Shown here one piece after another: positions 21,163 to 30,747 of a DNA stretch of 64,000 nt. A model generated the notes under the pieces. The model made no database searches and was not told the origin of the DNA. It saw nothing but the letters and a program-made list of their open reading frames with translations. The stretch covers positions 51,391 to 115,390 of the IMG/VR virus record IMGVR_UViG_3300025789_000024, one strand, 5' to 3'. The first letter of the stretch is position 1; the number at the start of each line of letters is the position of its first letter. Origin of the DNA: a virus. The translations under genes were made by a program, and so were the position numbers.

Positions 21163-22116
21163 ATGAGTTACGCACAATTTGGATTAATACAAGCAACTGA
21201 CTTTAACACGTTCGTAGGTGGTAATCCAACTACGACTTCTAACACATTAAATGCTGTTTGGGCAACAGGTGGTAGTAGTGCAGGTTACGGACAAACAGCC
21301 GTAGCAAACGTTGCAGTAGGTAACACAGTTGTTGCAACTGGTCAATGGAATGCATTGGTATCAAATACTGCTAATGCGGCTTCACATCAAGGTTCATCAA
21401 TTACTGCTGTTACAGCACCTACATCAGGTACTACAATTACATATGTTTCAGCTATTCCAACTAACTTAGCAACTATCTATACTAACAAGTTAAATGCCGC
21501 AAGTCAGGGTTCAACATCTACAAACACAGCAACATATGGTAGCACTTGGTCAAGTGGTTTAACATTTACGTTTACTGCTACATTCTCAAGTGGTGATGCC
21601 GCACGTTATTTCTTTAACGCAGGTGGTCAATTAAAATTAACTTGCTCACATCCAAGTGGCACAGGTATCAATTTATTGTTAAACAACTTAGCAAGTAACG
21701 TTGGTACAATCGTTATGAGTGCACCAAGCTCAGGTTCTGTGACTATTGCAAGTACATCATACAATGGTATCACTAAAGTAGGTGGCGGTGGTAACACTCC
21801 TACTATCGTAGCAACTAACGGATACTATGCATTGACTACATCAAATGCAACAGTATTCACACAAACTGCTAGTACAGGCCCTTCAGGTTACTTAGCAACA
21901 AACATCAAAGCAATTGTTAAATCAAATGGTACGCAAGGTACTAACGGTGATGCTGGATCAGTAGTTACAATTTATTGTACTTGGACAGAAATTCCAACTG
22001 GTTTAGTAGCAAGTTCTGGATCATCATGTACAATTACTGCTGTACCTCCAGAAACAACATATCTTCCAACAGCAATCTCAGCACCCACACTAGCTGGTTC
22101 AGTAACGGGCGCATAA
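21163..22116 (+). CDS. Putative virion structural protein (Thr/Ser/Gly-rich, 317 aa)
   Basis: AGGA SD; directly follows the tail fibre; low-charge, Ser/Thr-rich composition; ARYFFNAGGQ motif. Confidence 0.6.
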   Translation: MSYAQFGLIQATDFNTFVGGNPTTTSNTLNAVWATGGSSAGYGQTAVANVAVGNTVVATGQWNALVSNTANAASHQGSSITAVTAPTSGTTITYVSAIPTNLATIYTNKLNAASQGSTSTNTATYGSTWSSGLTFTFTATFSSGDAARYFFNAGGQLKLTCSHPSGTGINLLLNNLASNVGTIVMSAPSSGSVTIASTSYNGITKVGGGGNTPTIVATNGYYALTTSNATVFTQTASTGPSGYLATNIKAIVKSNGTQGTNGDAGSVVTIYCTWTEIPTGLVASSGSSCTITAVPPETTYLPTAISAPTLAGSVTGA

Positions 22117-22143
22117 CATTTTTAGGCAACACCCTGTATCCAT

Positions 22144-22150
22144 CTAAATA
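22144..22150 (+). promoter_or_regulatory. Late-like promoter motif CTAAATA
   Basis: CTAAATA followed by AGGAG SD before the ATG at 22167, at the head of the tailoring cluster. Confidence 0.5.
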
Positions 22151-22166
22151 CTCATAGGAGTGTACG

Positions 22167-22472
22167 ATGGATACAAAACAATTAATTGCCGACGCCAAAG
22201 CCCGTTTTAGTCATAATTCTGCTAAAGCATATCTTGCAGAAAAATACAATAACAAACTACTTGTCGCAGAACAGGGCGGCTTGTGGAAAGCCGATGGTCA
22301 AACAATCACCTTACTAACTTCAATCACATCCAAACGAGCAGTATTAGTAGATACTTTTGATAATCCGGTTGAAGTAGATCGTAACGCATTATTAACTAAG
22401 TTGAAAGAAGTCTATAATGAAGTTATGGATCAATGGTTACGTGAATGGAAAGAACTAGAGGCTAAACGATGA
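22167..22472 (+). CDS. Hypothetical protein (101 aa, helical; possibly tail-fibre assembly related)
   Basis: AGGAG SD; ATGA overlap with the next gene; no recognised motif. Confidence 0.6.
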   Translation: MDTKQLIADAKARFSHNSAKAYLAEKYNNKLLVAEQGGLWKADGQTITLLTSITSKRAVLVDTFDNPVEVDRNALLTKLKEVYNEVMDQWLREWKELEAKR

Positions 22473-23275
22473 GTAGAGGGGCAATACTATTTGCTTTCAA
22501 CTCACCTAAATATGATTACTATGCAATGGCTAAATACACAGCCAAACGCATCAATCATTTTTTAGACTTGCCGGTTACAATTGTAACTGACGAACAGTCA
22601 TTGCCCGAAACGGAAGACTATGTTTGGGACAATGTTGTTACTACGATTCCTGACAAAAACAATATCAGAGACTATGGTGTTTGGATTAATAAAGGCAGAT
22701 TTCAAGCATATGAATTTAGTCCCTATGATGAAACACTATTATTAGATGCCGACTATGTTGTTAATTCTGACAAATTGTTAAAGACTTTTGATTTTTATGA
22801 GGACTTTAGTTGCCATAATAAAACTAGTTTTTTGATGCATCCGGGCGTACCACAAGAAGTGTTAAGCGTGTACAGTTATGAAACTCTTTGGGCAACTGCT
22901 GTTGCTTTTAAGAAAAGTAAACGCACTGAGCAAATCTTTAACTGTTTAGAAATGGTTCAAAATAACTATGATCACTATGCCAACATTCATAATTTTATTG
23001 CTGGGGTTTATCGTAATGATTACGCACTTACTTTGGCTTTGCGCATTGTTAATGGGCATAGTGTTAATCCTACAGACTATATACCTTGGGATTTGTTGCA
23101 CGTGGGTAAGAATACCTCTGTTTACGCTAATACTAGTGATGAGTACAATACAGAATACACAGTGATGTTTGATAATTGGCAACGTGGTAAGATTCGTAAA
23201 GAATATATTACAATTAAAGACATGGACTTTCATGTGATGAATAAAGATAACTTTGTGGAGTTGATTAATGAATAA
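22469..23275 (+). CDS. GT-A fold nucleotide-diphospho-sugar transferase-like protein
   Basis: SPYDETLLLDADY has a DxD motif after a hydrophobic strand; RNDYAL motif; paralogous to the next ORF. Confidence 0.6.
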   Translation: MSRGAILFAFNSPKYDYYAMAKYTAKRINHFLDLPVTIVTDEQSLPETEDYVWDNVVTTIPDKNNIRDYGVWINKGRFQAYEFSPYDETLLLDADYVVNSDKLLKTFDFYEDFSCHNKTSFLMHPGVPQEVLSVYSYETLWATAVAFKKSKRTEQIFNCLEMVQNNYDHYANIHNFIAGVYRNDYALTLALRIVNGHSVNPTDYIPWDLLHVGKNTSVYANTSDEYNTEYTVMFDNWQRGKIRKEYITIKDMDFHVMNKDNFVELINE

Positions 23276-24014
23276 AGGTTTCGTAATCATGGCACAAGGT
23301 GACGATTATGTTAAATGTGCTGAAGTATTAAAGAAAAGCATTAAGCGTACTATGCCTAAAGCCAAAGTAACTATCATTACAACTGATATGTTACCATATG
23401 GTGATCAAGCACCTGATACTAATTGGAAATTACAAAACGATTGGCAAGTATATGAAGCCAGCCCATATGAATATACAATCAAACTAGAAGCAGATATGTA
23501 TTTGCCAAAGTCAATAGATTATTGGTGGGATGTTTTAGAGCATAGAGATATTGTTGTAAGCACTACAATTAGAAACTTCAAACAAGAAATTAGTGATATC
23601 AAAGCATATCGCAGATTTATTTACGATAACAAATTACCTGATACCTATAACAGTATTACTTACTTTAAGAAATCAGATACAGCACAGAAATTTTTTGAAA
23701 TTGTTCGTGATGTTTTTGAAAATTGGTCTTTCTATCGTAACTCACTACAATGTAACAAAGACGAACTTGCCACAACAGATTGGGCATATGCAATTGCCAG
23801 TCATATTATTGGCATAGAAAAAACCACAATGCCACAGTTCAAAGACATGAGTATGATTCACATGAAACAATTTGTTAATGGAACTCCTACGCAAAATTGG
23901 ACTGATGTATTGATTCATGAGGTGTCCAAAGATTATTTAAGGGTAAATACTATTCCCCAAATGTATCCTTTCCACTATCATATCAAAGACTTCTGTGATA
24001 AACTCAAGGTGTAA
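23268..24014 (+). CDS. GT-A-like glycosyltransferase paralog
   Basis: SPYEYTIKLEADM aligns with SPYDETLLLDADY of the previous ORF (ExD variant); TDWAYAIA; C-terminal PFHYH. Confidence 0.55.
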   Translation: MNKGFVIMAQGDDYVKCAEVLKKSIKRTMPKAKVTIITTDMLPYGDQAPDTNWKLQNDWQVYEASPYEYTIKLEADMYLPKSIDYWWDVLEHRDIVVSTTIRNFKQEISDIKAYRRFIYDNKLPDTYNSITYFKKSDTAQKFFEIVRDVFENWSFYRNSLQCNKDELATTDWAYAIASHIIGIEKTTMPQFKDMSMIHMKQFVNGTPTQNWTDVLIHEVSKDYLRVNTIPQMYPFHYHIKDFCDKLKV

Positions 24015-24016
24015 TA

Positions 24017-24370
24017 ATGACAGAACCAACACAAGAAGATTATATTTTATTTTGGGAAGCCCCCAAGATTGAAAAGCCTGAATTCAGACTCTACTATGAT
24101 GCAAAGGGCAATGTCATTTGCTATACTTGCGAAAAGTTAGAAGGTGATTACATTATAATTGATGCAATGACATTTGCAGAAGGTAGACCTGATGTTCGTG
24201 TGGCCAATGGTAAACTTGTAAAAGTCAATACAAATGCGGTTGTTTCTAAATTAGTACAGCATGATAGTGAAGGTCAACTTTGTCATAAAGATGATGTTAG
24301 TGTTGTGTTAACAAAAAAAGACAATGTAAAAAAACAATTATGGAAATTAACAACATATGAGCTTGGATAA
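24017..24370 (+). CDS. Hypothetical protein (117 aa)
   Basis: Tightly packed ORF in the operon; no recognised motif. Confidence 0.6.
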   Translation: MTEPTQEDYILFWEAPKIEKPEFRLYYDAKGNVICYTCEKLEGDYIIIDAMTFAEGRPDVRVANGKLVKVNTNAVVSKLVQHDSEGQLCHKDDVSVVLTKKDNVKKQLWKLTTYELG

Positions 24371-25313
24371 TATCATTGATGTAGCAGACTTAGATTGCAT
24401 TTATCTAAGTTATGATGAGCCTCAAAAAGAAGAATTTTGGTTAAAGATTAAGAACATGGTGCCTTGGGCAAAACGTGTTGATGGTGTCAAGGGTAGTGAT
24501 GCCGCACACAAAGCCGCAGGTGAAGCAAGTGATACAGAACGTTTTATTCTTATTGATGGCGATAACATGCCTGATGAAGAATTCTTTAACATTCAGTTAG
24601 ACTTTACCGACAAAGACCCGTCATTCAAGAAAGCACAGTTTCGCTGGAAAGCAGTTAATAGTATCAATGGGCTACGTTATGGTAATGGTGGCATGAGTAG
24701 TTGGACAAAAACTTATGTGCGTGAAATGAAAACACATGAGCATCAAACTGAAGGTGATGTGTCACGTATTGCTGACTTTTGTTTAGACAGCAAAGACAAC
24801 TTATACTGGGCAATGTATGATTGCTACTCAACTACATATCCTAACTATACACCATTTCAAGCATGGCGTGCTGGATTTCGTGAAGGTGTTAAAATGTGTT
24901 TGAATCGCGGTGCTGTTCCTAGCATTGAAGAATTCAAAGAAACAGTTGCAAGTCGTAATCTAAATAACTTAACTATCTGGCATAATGTTGGTAGTGATGT
25001 TGAAAATGGCATTTGGGCAATCTATGGTGCAAGACTTGGTACTTATAAAACATTGCTTACTGATTGGAATGCACAGAATGTTCAGTGGTTTGACAACTAT
25101 GTTGATATGTGGGAATCAGAATACAAAGATAAAGATCCTTTAGTTGAGTCGGGAGAAATTGGTAAAGCACTTAGTAGTAAACTAGGTTTACCTATGTGTA
25201 TGCTTAATGCAGAACAAAGTAAATTCTTCAAACGTCATTATTCTGCAAACTTTCATAACAAAGGTCCATTGATTACAGAAATGGAAGTAATTCGTCAGAT
25301 CGAAGGCTGGTAA
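24357..25313 (+). CDS. Putative GT-A-like glycosyltransferase
   Basis: LSYDEP...RVDGVKGSDAAHKAAGEASDTERFILIDGDN (DxD); AWRAGFREGVKM. Homologous to the C-terminal domain of 47546..54061. Confidence 0.55.
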   Translation: MSLDNIIDVADLDCIYLSYDEPQKEEFWLKIKNMVPWAKRVDGVKGSDAAHKAAGEASDTERFILIDGDNMPDEEFFNIQLDFTDKDPSFKKAQFRWKAVNSINGLRYGNGGMSSWTKTYVREMKTHEHQTEGDVSRIADFCLDSKDNLYWAMYDCYSTTYPNYTPFQAWRAGFREGVKMCLNRGAVPSIEEFKETVASRNLNNLTIWHNVGSDVENGIWAIYGARLGTYKTLLTDWNAQNVQWFDNYVDMWESEYKDKDPLVESGEIGKALSSKLGLPMCMLNAEQSKFFKRHYSANFHNKGPLITEMEVIRQIEGW

Positions 25314-26716
25314 TGTCAAACGAAACAGATAGAATTAAAACAATCAAAATTCGAGTAGAGAACGAATCTACTCCTACATTCTGTTTGGCTAAGTGGCATC
25401 ATGTTACTATGTACTTACAAAGTGGTGAGACACATAGTTGTTATCACCCACAACCACATAAGATTCCTTTAGAAGAACTGCGTGATAATCCCAGCGCATT
25501 GCATAATACGCAAGAGAAAAAGATGGAACGCAAGTTGATGCTTGAAGGTGGTAAGCCTACAGGTTGTCAATATTGCTGGAACATTGAAGCAATGGGACCT
25601 GACTATATCAGCGACCGTCATATTCGCAACAGTAGTATCTTTACAGAAGAACGTTTTGAGCAAACAGCAAAAGGTCCTTGGGACCAAAACATCAATCCAG
25701 AATACTTAGAAATTAACTTTGGTAACGAATGTAATTTCAAGTGCGGTTACTGTCATCCAAAGTATAGCACAAGTTTTTATAAAGAGATTGAAAAGTTTGG
25801 TCCCGTTACTAATGTAAAGAATCATCGTTGCGACATTGACTGGATGAAACTATATCAACGTGAAGAAGAAAATCCCTACGTTGATGCGTTTTGGAAATGG
25901 TGGCCTGAACTACGCAAGACATTAAACATCATGCGTGTAACAGGTGGCGAACCCACACTTCACAAATCTACATGGCAACTGTTAGATAAGATTGAAGAAG
26001 AACCCATGCCTTGGCTTGAACTAAACATTAACAGCAATCTTGGAACAAAGCCAGTTCTCATAGAACGTTTAGCAGACAAGGTCAAAAAGTTAGTAGACGA
26101 AAATAAAATTCAAAGTTTTAAATTGTTTACTAGCATGGATACATGGGGAGAACGTGCTGAGTATATTCGTACTGGGTTAGACTTAAAGTTGTGGGAACAA
26201 AACTTTCACACTTATGTACAACGCAGTAACAGCCCAATTACATTCATGATTACATTCAATATCTTTAGTGTGACTTCATTTAAGTCATTGCTTGAGAAGT
26301 TTTTAGAATGGCGTGAACAATATGGTTGGTTTGAAGAAAAGTCACACGACAAACATAGAATTCGTTTTGATACTCCATACCTTCGTGACCCTATTCAATA
26401 TGACATGAACATTCTTCCCAAAGAAGAGTTTATGCCCTATATGTATGAATCACTACAGTTTATGAAGGACAATGTAGACGATACTGCTAGTAACAAGTTT
26501 ACAACAATAGAATATGAAAAGTTCAAACGTGTAGTTGACTACATGGCTGAAACTAATTATGAAGAAAAGAAGTTGATTGAAGGTCGTAGAGACTTTTACA
26601 ACTGGTTCAATGAGTTAGATGATCGCAGAGAAAATGACTTATTAACCGTGTACCCAGAAATGTTGGAGTTTTATAGATTATGCCAGGAAACCAGCCTAAC
26701 GAATCCTCTTTCGTAA
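25313..26716 (+). CDS. Radical SAM protein with N-terminal twitch/SPASM-like domain
   Basis: CxxxCxxC = CNFKCGYC; GGEP motif; N-terminal FCLAKW...SC...CQYCW auxiliary cysteines. Confidence 0.9.
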   Translation: MSNETDRIKTIKIRVENESTPTFCLAKWHHVTMYLQSGETHSCYHPQPHKIPLEELRDNPSALHNTQEKKMERKLMLEGGKPTGCQYCWNIEAMGPDYISDRHIRNSSIFTEERFEQTAKGPWDQNINPEYLEINFGNECNFKCGYCHPKYSTSFYKEIEKFGPVTNVKNHRCDIDWMKLYQREEENPYVDAFWKWWPELRKTLNIMRVTGGEPTLHKSTWQLLDKIEEEPMPWLELNINSNLGTKPVLIERLADKVKKLVDENKIQSFKLFTSMDTWGERAEYIRTGLDLKLWEQNFHTYVQRSNSPITFMITFNIFSVTSFKSLLEKFLEWREQYGWFEEKSHDKHRIRFDTPYLRDPIQYDMNILPKEEFMPYMYESLQFMKDNVDDTASNKFTTIEYEKFKRVVDYMAETNYEEKKLIEGRRDFYNWFNELDDRRENDLLTVYPEMLEFYRLCQETSLTNPLS

Positions 26717-27981
26717 AAAAGTTATTGCTTGGTAAGAGCAAGACTTTTTGTATGATACCTTGGGTTCACCTACATACCACCCCTGAGGGAGTGGCAGCAC
26801 CTTGTTGTATTGCAGAATCTTGTGCAACAAAAGAAGGTGTGGGTGATTCTAAAACACAAGGACTAATGGAACTAGTCAACAGCGAAAAGATGAACCAACT
26901 ACGACTAGATATGTTGACTGGTAAAGAAAACATTGAATGCAGCAAGTGTTATAACCATGATGCACAGGGTATTGATAGTTTTAGAACCACATCTAATAAA
27001 CAATGGAAAAATTCATTTGACGATGTATTAGAAAACACAAATCTTGAAGACGGATCATTAAAAGAATTCAAAATGCGATATTTTGATATTCGCTTTAGCA
27101 ATATCTGTAATTTCAAATGTCGCACATGCGGATCAGCGTTTAGTACTCAGTGGGAACAAGAAGATTTAAAGAACGGAGTATTCTATGCAAAGATTATTCC
27201 AAAAAATAATAATAAAAAGTTTTTGCAAGACGTATTAGATCAAATTCCAAATATGGAAATTGCATACTTTGCAGGTGGCGAACCATTAATCACTGAAGAA
27301 CATTATATCCTACTTGAAGAAATGATTCGTAGCAGTCACACAGATATCTTATTAAGATACAATACTAACCTAAGTAACTTAAAGTTTAAAGATAAAGATT
27401 TACTTGGTTTATGGAAACACTTTAGTCAAAAAATTCAAGTATATGCAAGTATTGATCATTGCAAAGAACGTGCAGAATATATTAGACATGGAACTGATTG
27501 GGGACAAGTTGAAACAAACTTTATGCTTGCCAAACAAACTCCCTATGTTAACATTCAAATTAACACAGTACTAAGTGTGTTCAACTATTTGACTATTGAT
27601 GAGTTTTACCAATATTTAATTGATAAGGGTATGTATACTAATAAGGATGCAGTGTTTACATTATATAACATGACGACCCCTGATCATTTGACATGTCATA
27701 TTCTACCACCTGAGTACAAAGTAAAAGGTGAAGAAAGTATCAACAGAGCAATACAGTATATGAGAAACAATGATTTTCTTGATCTACATACACAACAACT
27801 TGAAGTTGCTCCGGGTTGGGTAAATCACAAAGATAATTGGGACGAACAAAAAGTTAAATTTAAAGAAGAAGTAAAACGTCTTGATGCTATAAGAGGAGAA
27901 TCATTCATGGAAACATTCCCTGAAATTGCAAATCTTTATAAACCAGAGCAAAGAGTAAGAGCAAGAATGGCACCAGTATGA
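26680..27981 (+). CDS. Radical SAM protein with N-terminal twitch domain
   Basis: FCMIPWVH...PCC...CSKC; CNFKCRTC; YFAGGEP; YNTN. The start codon is uncertain (37-bp overlap with the upstream gene). Confidence 0.9.
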   Translation: MPGNQPNESSFVKKLLLGKSKTFCMIPWVHLHTTPEGVAAPCCIAESCATKEGVGDSKTQGLMELVNSEKMNQLRLDMLTGKENIECSKCYNHDAQGIDSFRTTSNKQWKNSFDDVLENTNLEDGSLKEFKMRYFDIRFSNICNFKCRTCGSAFSTQWEQEDLKNGVFYAKIIPKNNNKKFLQDVLDQIPNMEIAYFAGGEPLITEEHYILLEEMIRSSHTDILLRYNTNLSNLKFKDKDLLGLWKHFSQKIQVYASIDHCKERAEYIRHGTDWGQVETNFMLAKQTPYVNIQINTVLSVFNYLTIDEFYQYLIDKGMYTNKDAVFTLYNMTTPDHLTCHILPPEYKVKGEESINRAIQYMRNNDFLDLHTQQLEVAPGWVNHKDNWDEQKVKFKEEVKRLDAIRGESFMETFPEIANLYKPEQRVRARMAPV

Positions 27982-29213
27982 ACATAGACAAAGAATTTTT
28001 ATTAAACGAAAGCAAAACATTTTGCATGTTCCCTTGGGTCCATCTTAATGTAACACCCAAGGGTGATATCTATCCTTGCTGTAGTAACGACTACACTAAG
28101 CCCTATGGTAACACTAAGAAGTCTTCACTTAAAGAAGCATTCAACAGTGAACCAATGAAAAAGTTGCGATTAGATATGCTAAATGAAAAACAGAACGAAC
28201 TATGTACGTTTTGTTACAAGCATGAAGAAGCCGGTCCGCACAGTTTTAGAAACTACAGCAAAGAACAATTTGGTAAACGCTTTGACGAAATTGTTCCAAC
28301 TACACAGGAAGATGGAACAGTAGAAGAATTCAAAATGCGATATTTTGATATTCGCTTTAGCAATATCTGTAACTTCAAGTGTAGAACTTGCGGTAGTGAA
28401 TTCAGCAGCCAATGGGGTGCAGAAATGCAAAAGCACTTTGATGACAAACATCCAATTGTTATTCATGCTGACGATGGTAAGGGTAATGTGTTGGCAGAAG
28501 TACTTGAACATATTGAACATATTGATTTGGCATACTTTGCAGGTGGTGAACCACTGATCACAGACGAGCATTATGTGATGTTGGAAGAAATGATTCGTTT
28601 GGGTAAAACTGATATCACATTACGATACAACACAAATGCAAGTAATATCAAGTATAAGAAACATGATATCCTAGACTTATGGAAACATTTTAAAAAGATT
28701 GAATTAAGTTGTAGCGTAGATCATTATGGTGAACGAGCAGAATGGTTACGCAAGGGAACTGATTGGGGCAAAGTTGAAACCAATCTATTAACATTCCGTG
28801 ACTTAGATTACATTAGTTTCCAAATGAACACTGTGTTTAGTATTTTTAACTATAGCACCATTGGTGAGTTCTATCAGTATTTAAAAGACAAAAACATTGT
28901 TAGACGAGATGATTGGTATCATAGTTTATATTTGGCTGTGCATCCAGATTACTATTGTGCTAAGAGTTTACCCAAAGAATTAAAAGTTGATGCAGCTAGT
29001 AAAGCACTTGCATGGGCAGATGCTAATAAAGATGACAACACCTCATTATCAAGATTAGTTACAGACGCAGTTAATTTTGCTAGTGATAAAGATCAATGGA
29101 GCGAAGTTAAAGGTAAGTTTTTGCAACATACCCGAAGTATTGATAGAATCAGAGAAGAAAACTTCTGGGAAGTATTCCCCGAATTAAATAAATTACAGGA
29201 CTTAGAGGAATAA
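27978..29213 (+). CDS. Radical SAM protein with N-terminal twitch domain
   Basis: FCMFPWVH...PCC...CTFC; CNFKCRTC; YFAGGEP; close paralog of 26680..27981. Confidence 0.9.
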   Translation: MNIDKEFLLNESKTFCMFPWVHLNVTPKGDIYPCCSNDYTKPYGNTKKSSLKEAFNSEPMKKLRLDMLNEKQNELCTFCYKHEEAGPHSFRNYSKEQFGKRFDEIVPTTQEDGTVEEFKMRYFDIRFSNICNFKCRTCGSEFSSQWGAEMQKHFDDKHPIVIHADDGKGNVLAEVLEHIEHIDLAYFAGGEPLITDEHYVMLEEMIRLGKTDITLRYNTNASNIKYKKHDILDLWKHFKKIELSCSVDHYGERAEWLRKGTDWGKVETNLLTFRDLDYISFQMNTVFSIFNYSTIGEFYQYLKDKNIVRRDDWYHSLYLAVHPDYYCAKSLPKELKVDAASKALAWADANKDDNTSLSRLVTDAVNFASDKDQWSEVKGKFLQHTRSIDRIREENFWEVFPELNKLQDLEE

Positions 29214-29215
29214 AC

Positions 29216-29476
29216 ATGGCAACATTTGAAGCTGGAAACCGAGACGTAAAACTTGAAGGTATGGTAAAAGACATTATGGCAAAGTATGTCGATAAGACAC
29301 CTTTTACTGAAGAAATTTGTGATCAAATCATGACAGATGTACTAGAGACATTTGGTAAAGAAGCCGATGCAAAGGTTATGATTGACACAGATACCAATGA
29401 AATTGAAATCACAGTTCGTGATTTGATTAAGCAACCAATGACATTCTCATCACTTAAATTATTCAAGGCAAAATAA
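29216..29476 (+). CDS. Small acidic hypothetical protein (86 aa) embedded in the radical SAM array
   Basis: GAGG SD; TAATG overlap with the next gene; no recognised motif. Confidence 0.6.
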   Translation: MATFEAGNRDVKLEGMVKDIMAKYVDKTPFTEEICDQIMTDVLETFGKEADAKVMIDTDTNEIEITVRDLIKQPMTFSSLKLFKAK

Positions 29477-30747
29477 TGGACAACGCAGTAGTCAAAAATC
29501 TAGTAGAAAACGGTAAACACTTTTGTGTACTACCTTGGGTACATTTTCATGCATGGCCTGATAGTCGTGTAATGCCTTGCTGTATTGCAGATAGCAACAT
29601 GCCCGTGGCAAAAATTGAAAGTGACGTATCCATCATTGAAATGATGAATAGTGAAGACTACAAGAAAATGCGTACAGCAATGATGAATGATGAGCCTGTT
29701 GAGGCTTGCAAACGTTGCTATGACTTGGAACTAATGGGCACATGGACTATGCGTCAAAGTCATAATAAACGCAGAGGTCTAGATTATGTTGACTATATTG
29801 TTGATGTTACAAATGATGATGGTTCATTAAAAGAATTTGAAATGAAGTACATGGATATTCGTTTTAGTAATTTATGTAATATGAAATGTCGTAGTTGCGG
29901 GCCTGCATGTTCAAGTCAATGGGCACAAGAGTTCATGGATCAACGCGGGGAAGAAATGTTTAAAAAGTATTTCCCTAACCAAAAAATTGTTGTTAACAAC
30001 AATGAAGACCAAACACTTATGCTTAAACTAAAGCCATATCTTGCTGATGTGACTGAAGTATACTTTGCTGGTGGCGAAATTATTATTACTCCTGAACACT
30101 ATGAGTGCTTAGACTATTGGATTGAAAATGGATTAACCGATCAAGTTGAATTAAACTACACAACAAACTTCTCATCATTGAAGTATAAAAAGAATGTAGA
30201 CTTGATTGATTATTGGAGTAAGTTCCCTAACTTGCAAGTATGGGCATCACTTGATGCACATGGTGAATTAGGTGAGTGTATTCGTAAGGGTACTGATTGG
30301 GAAAAGATTGAAGCAAACATTCGTGAGATTAAAGAAAAAGTTCCGCATGTTAAGTTTCAGATTACTCCCACAATCAGTATTTGGAATGTGTTTGACTTCC
30401 CAGACTTCTTTGACTATATGATTGAAAAAGGCTTTATTGATACAATGTCAAGCCCACGCTTTAACTTAGCGACTAATCCATGGTACGCAAACATTATGAT
30501 TCTACCTAAGCACGTTAAACGTAGGCTAACAGAATTGTATAGAGTATATCAAGAAAAGTACAAAGATAACATTGATATCTATAATGGATTTAAAATGATT
30601 ATCTATAACTTAAATGTCGGTGATGAAAACAAAGGTGGTATCTTAGAGTTTAAGCAGTTCAATGATGAACTTGACACATTCCGTGACGAAAAACTTGAAG
30701 ATATCGTACCAGAATTAAAAGAGGTCTATGAGTGGGCCGCAAGTTAA
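29476..30747 (+). CDS. Radical SAM protein with N-terminal twitch domain
   Basis: FCVLPWVH...PCC...CKRC; CNMKCRSC; YFAGGE; YTTN. Confidence 0.9.
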   Translation: MDNAVVKNLVENGKHFCVLPWVHFHAWPDSRVMPCCIADSNMPVAKIESDVSIIEMMNSEDYKKMRTAMMNDEPVEACKRCYDLELMGTWTMRQSHNKRRGLDYVDYIVDVTNDDGSLKEFEMKYMDIRFSNLCNMKCRSCGPACSSQWAQEFMDQRGEEMFKKYFPNQKIVVNNNEDQTLMLKLKPYLADVTEVYFAGGEIIITPEHYECLDYWIENGLTDQVELNYTTNFSSLKYKKNVDLIDYWSKFPNLQVWASLDAHGELGECIRKGTDWEKIEANIREIKEKVPHVKFQITPTISIWNVFDFPDFFDYMIEKGFIDTMSSPRFNLATNPWYANIMILPKHVKRRLTELYRVYQEKYKDNIDIYNGFKMIIYNLNVGDENKGGILEFKQFNDELDTFRDEKLEDIVPELKEVYEWAAS

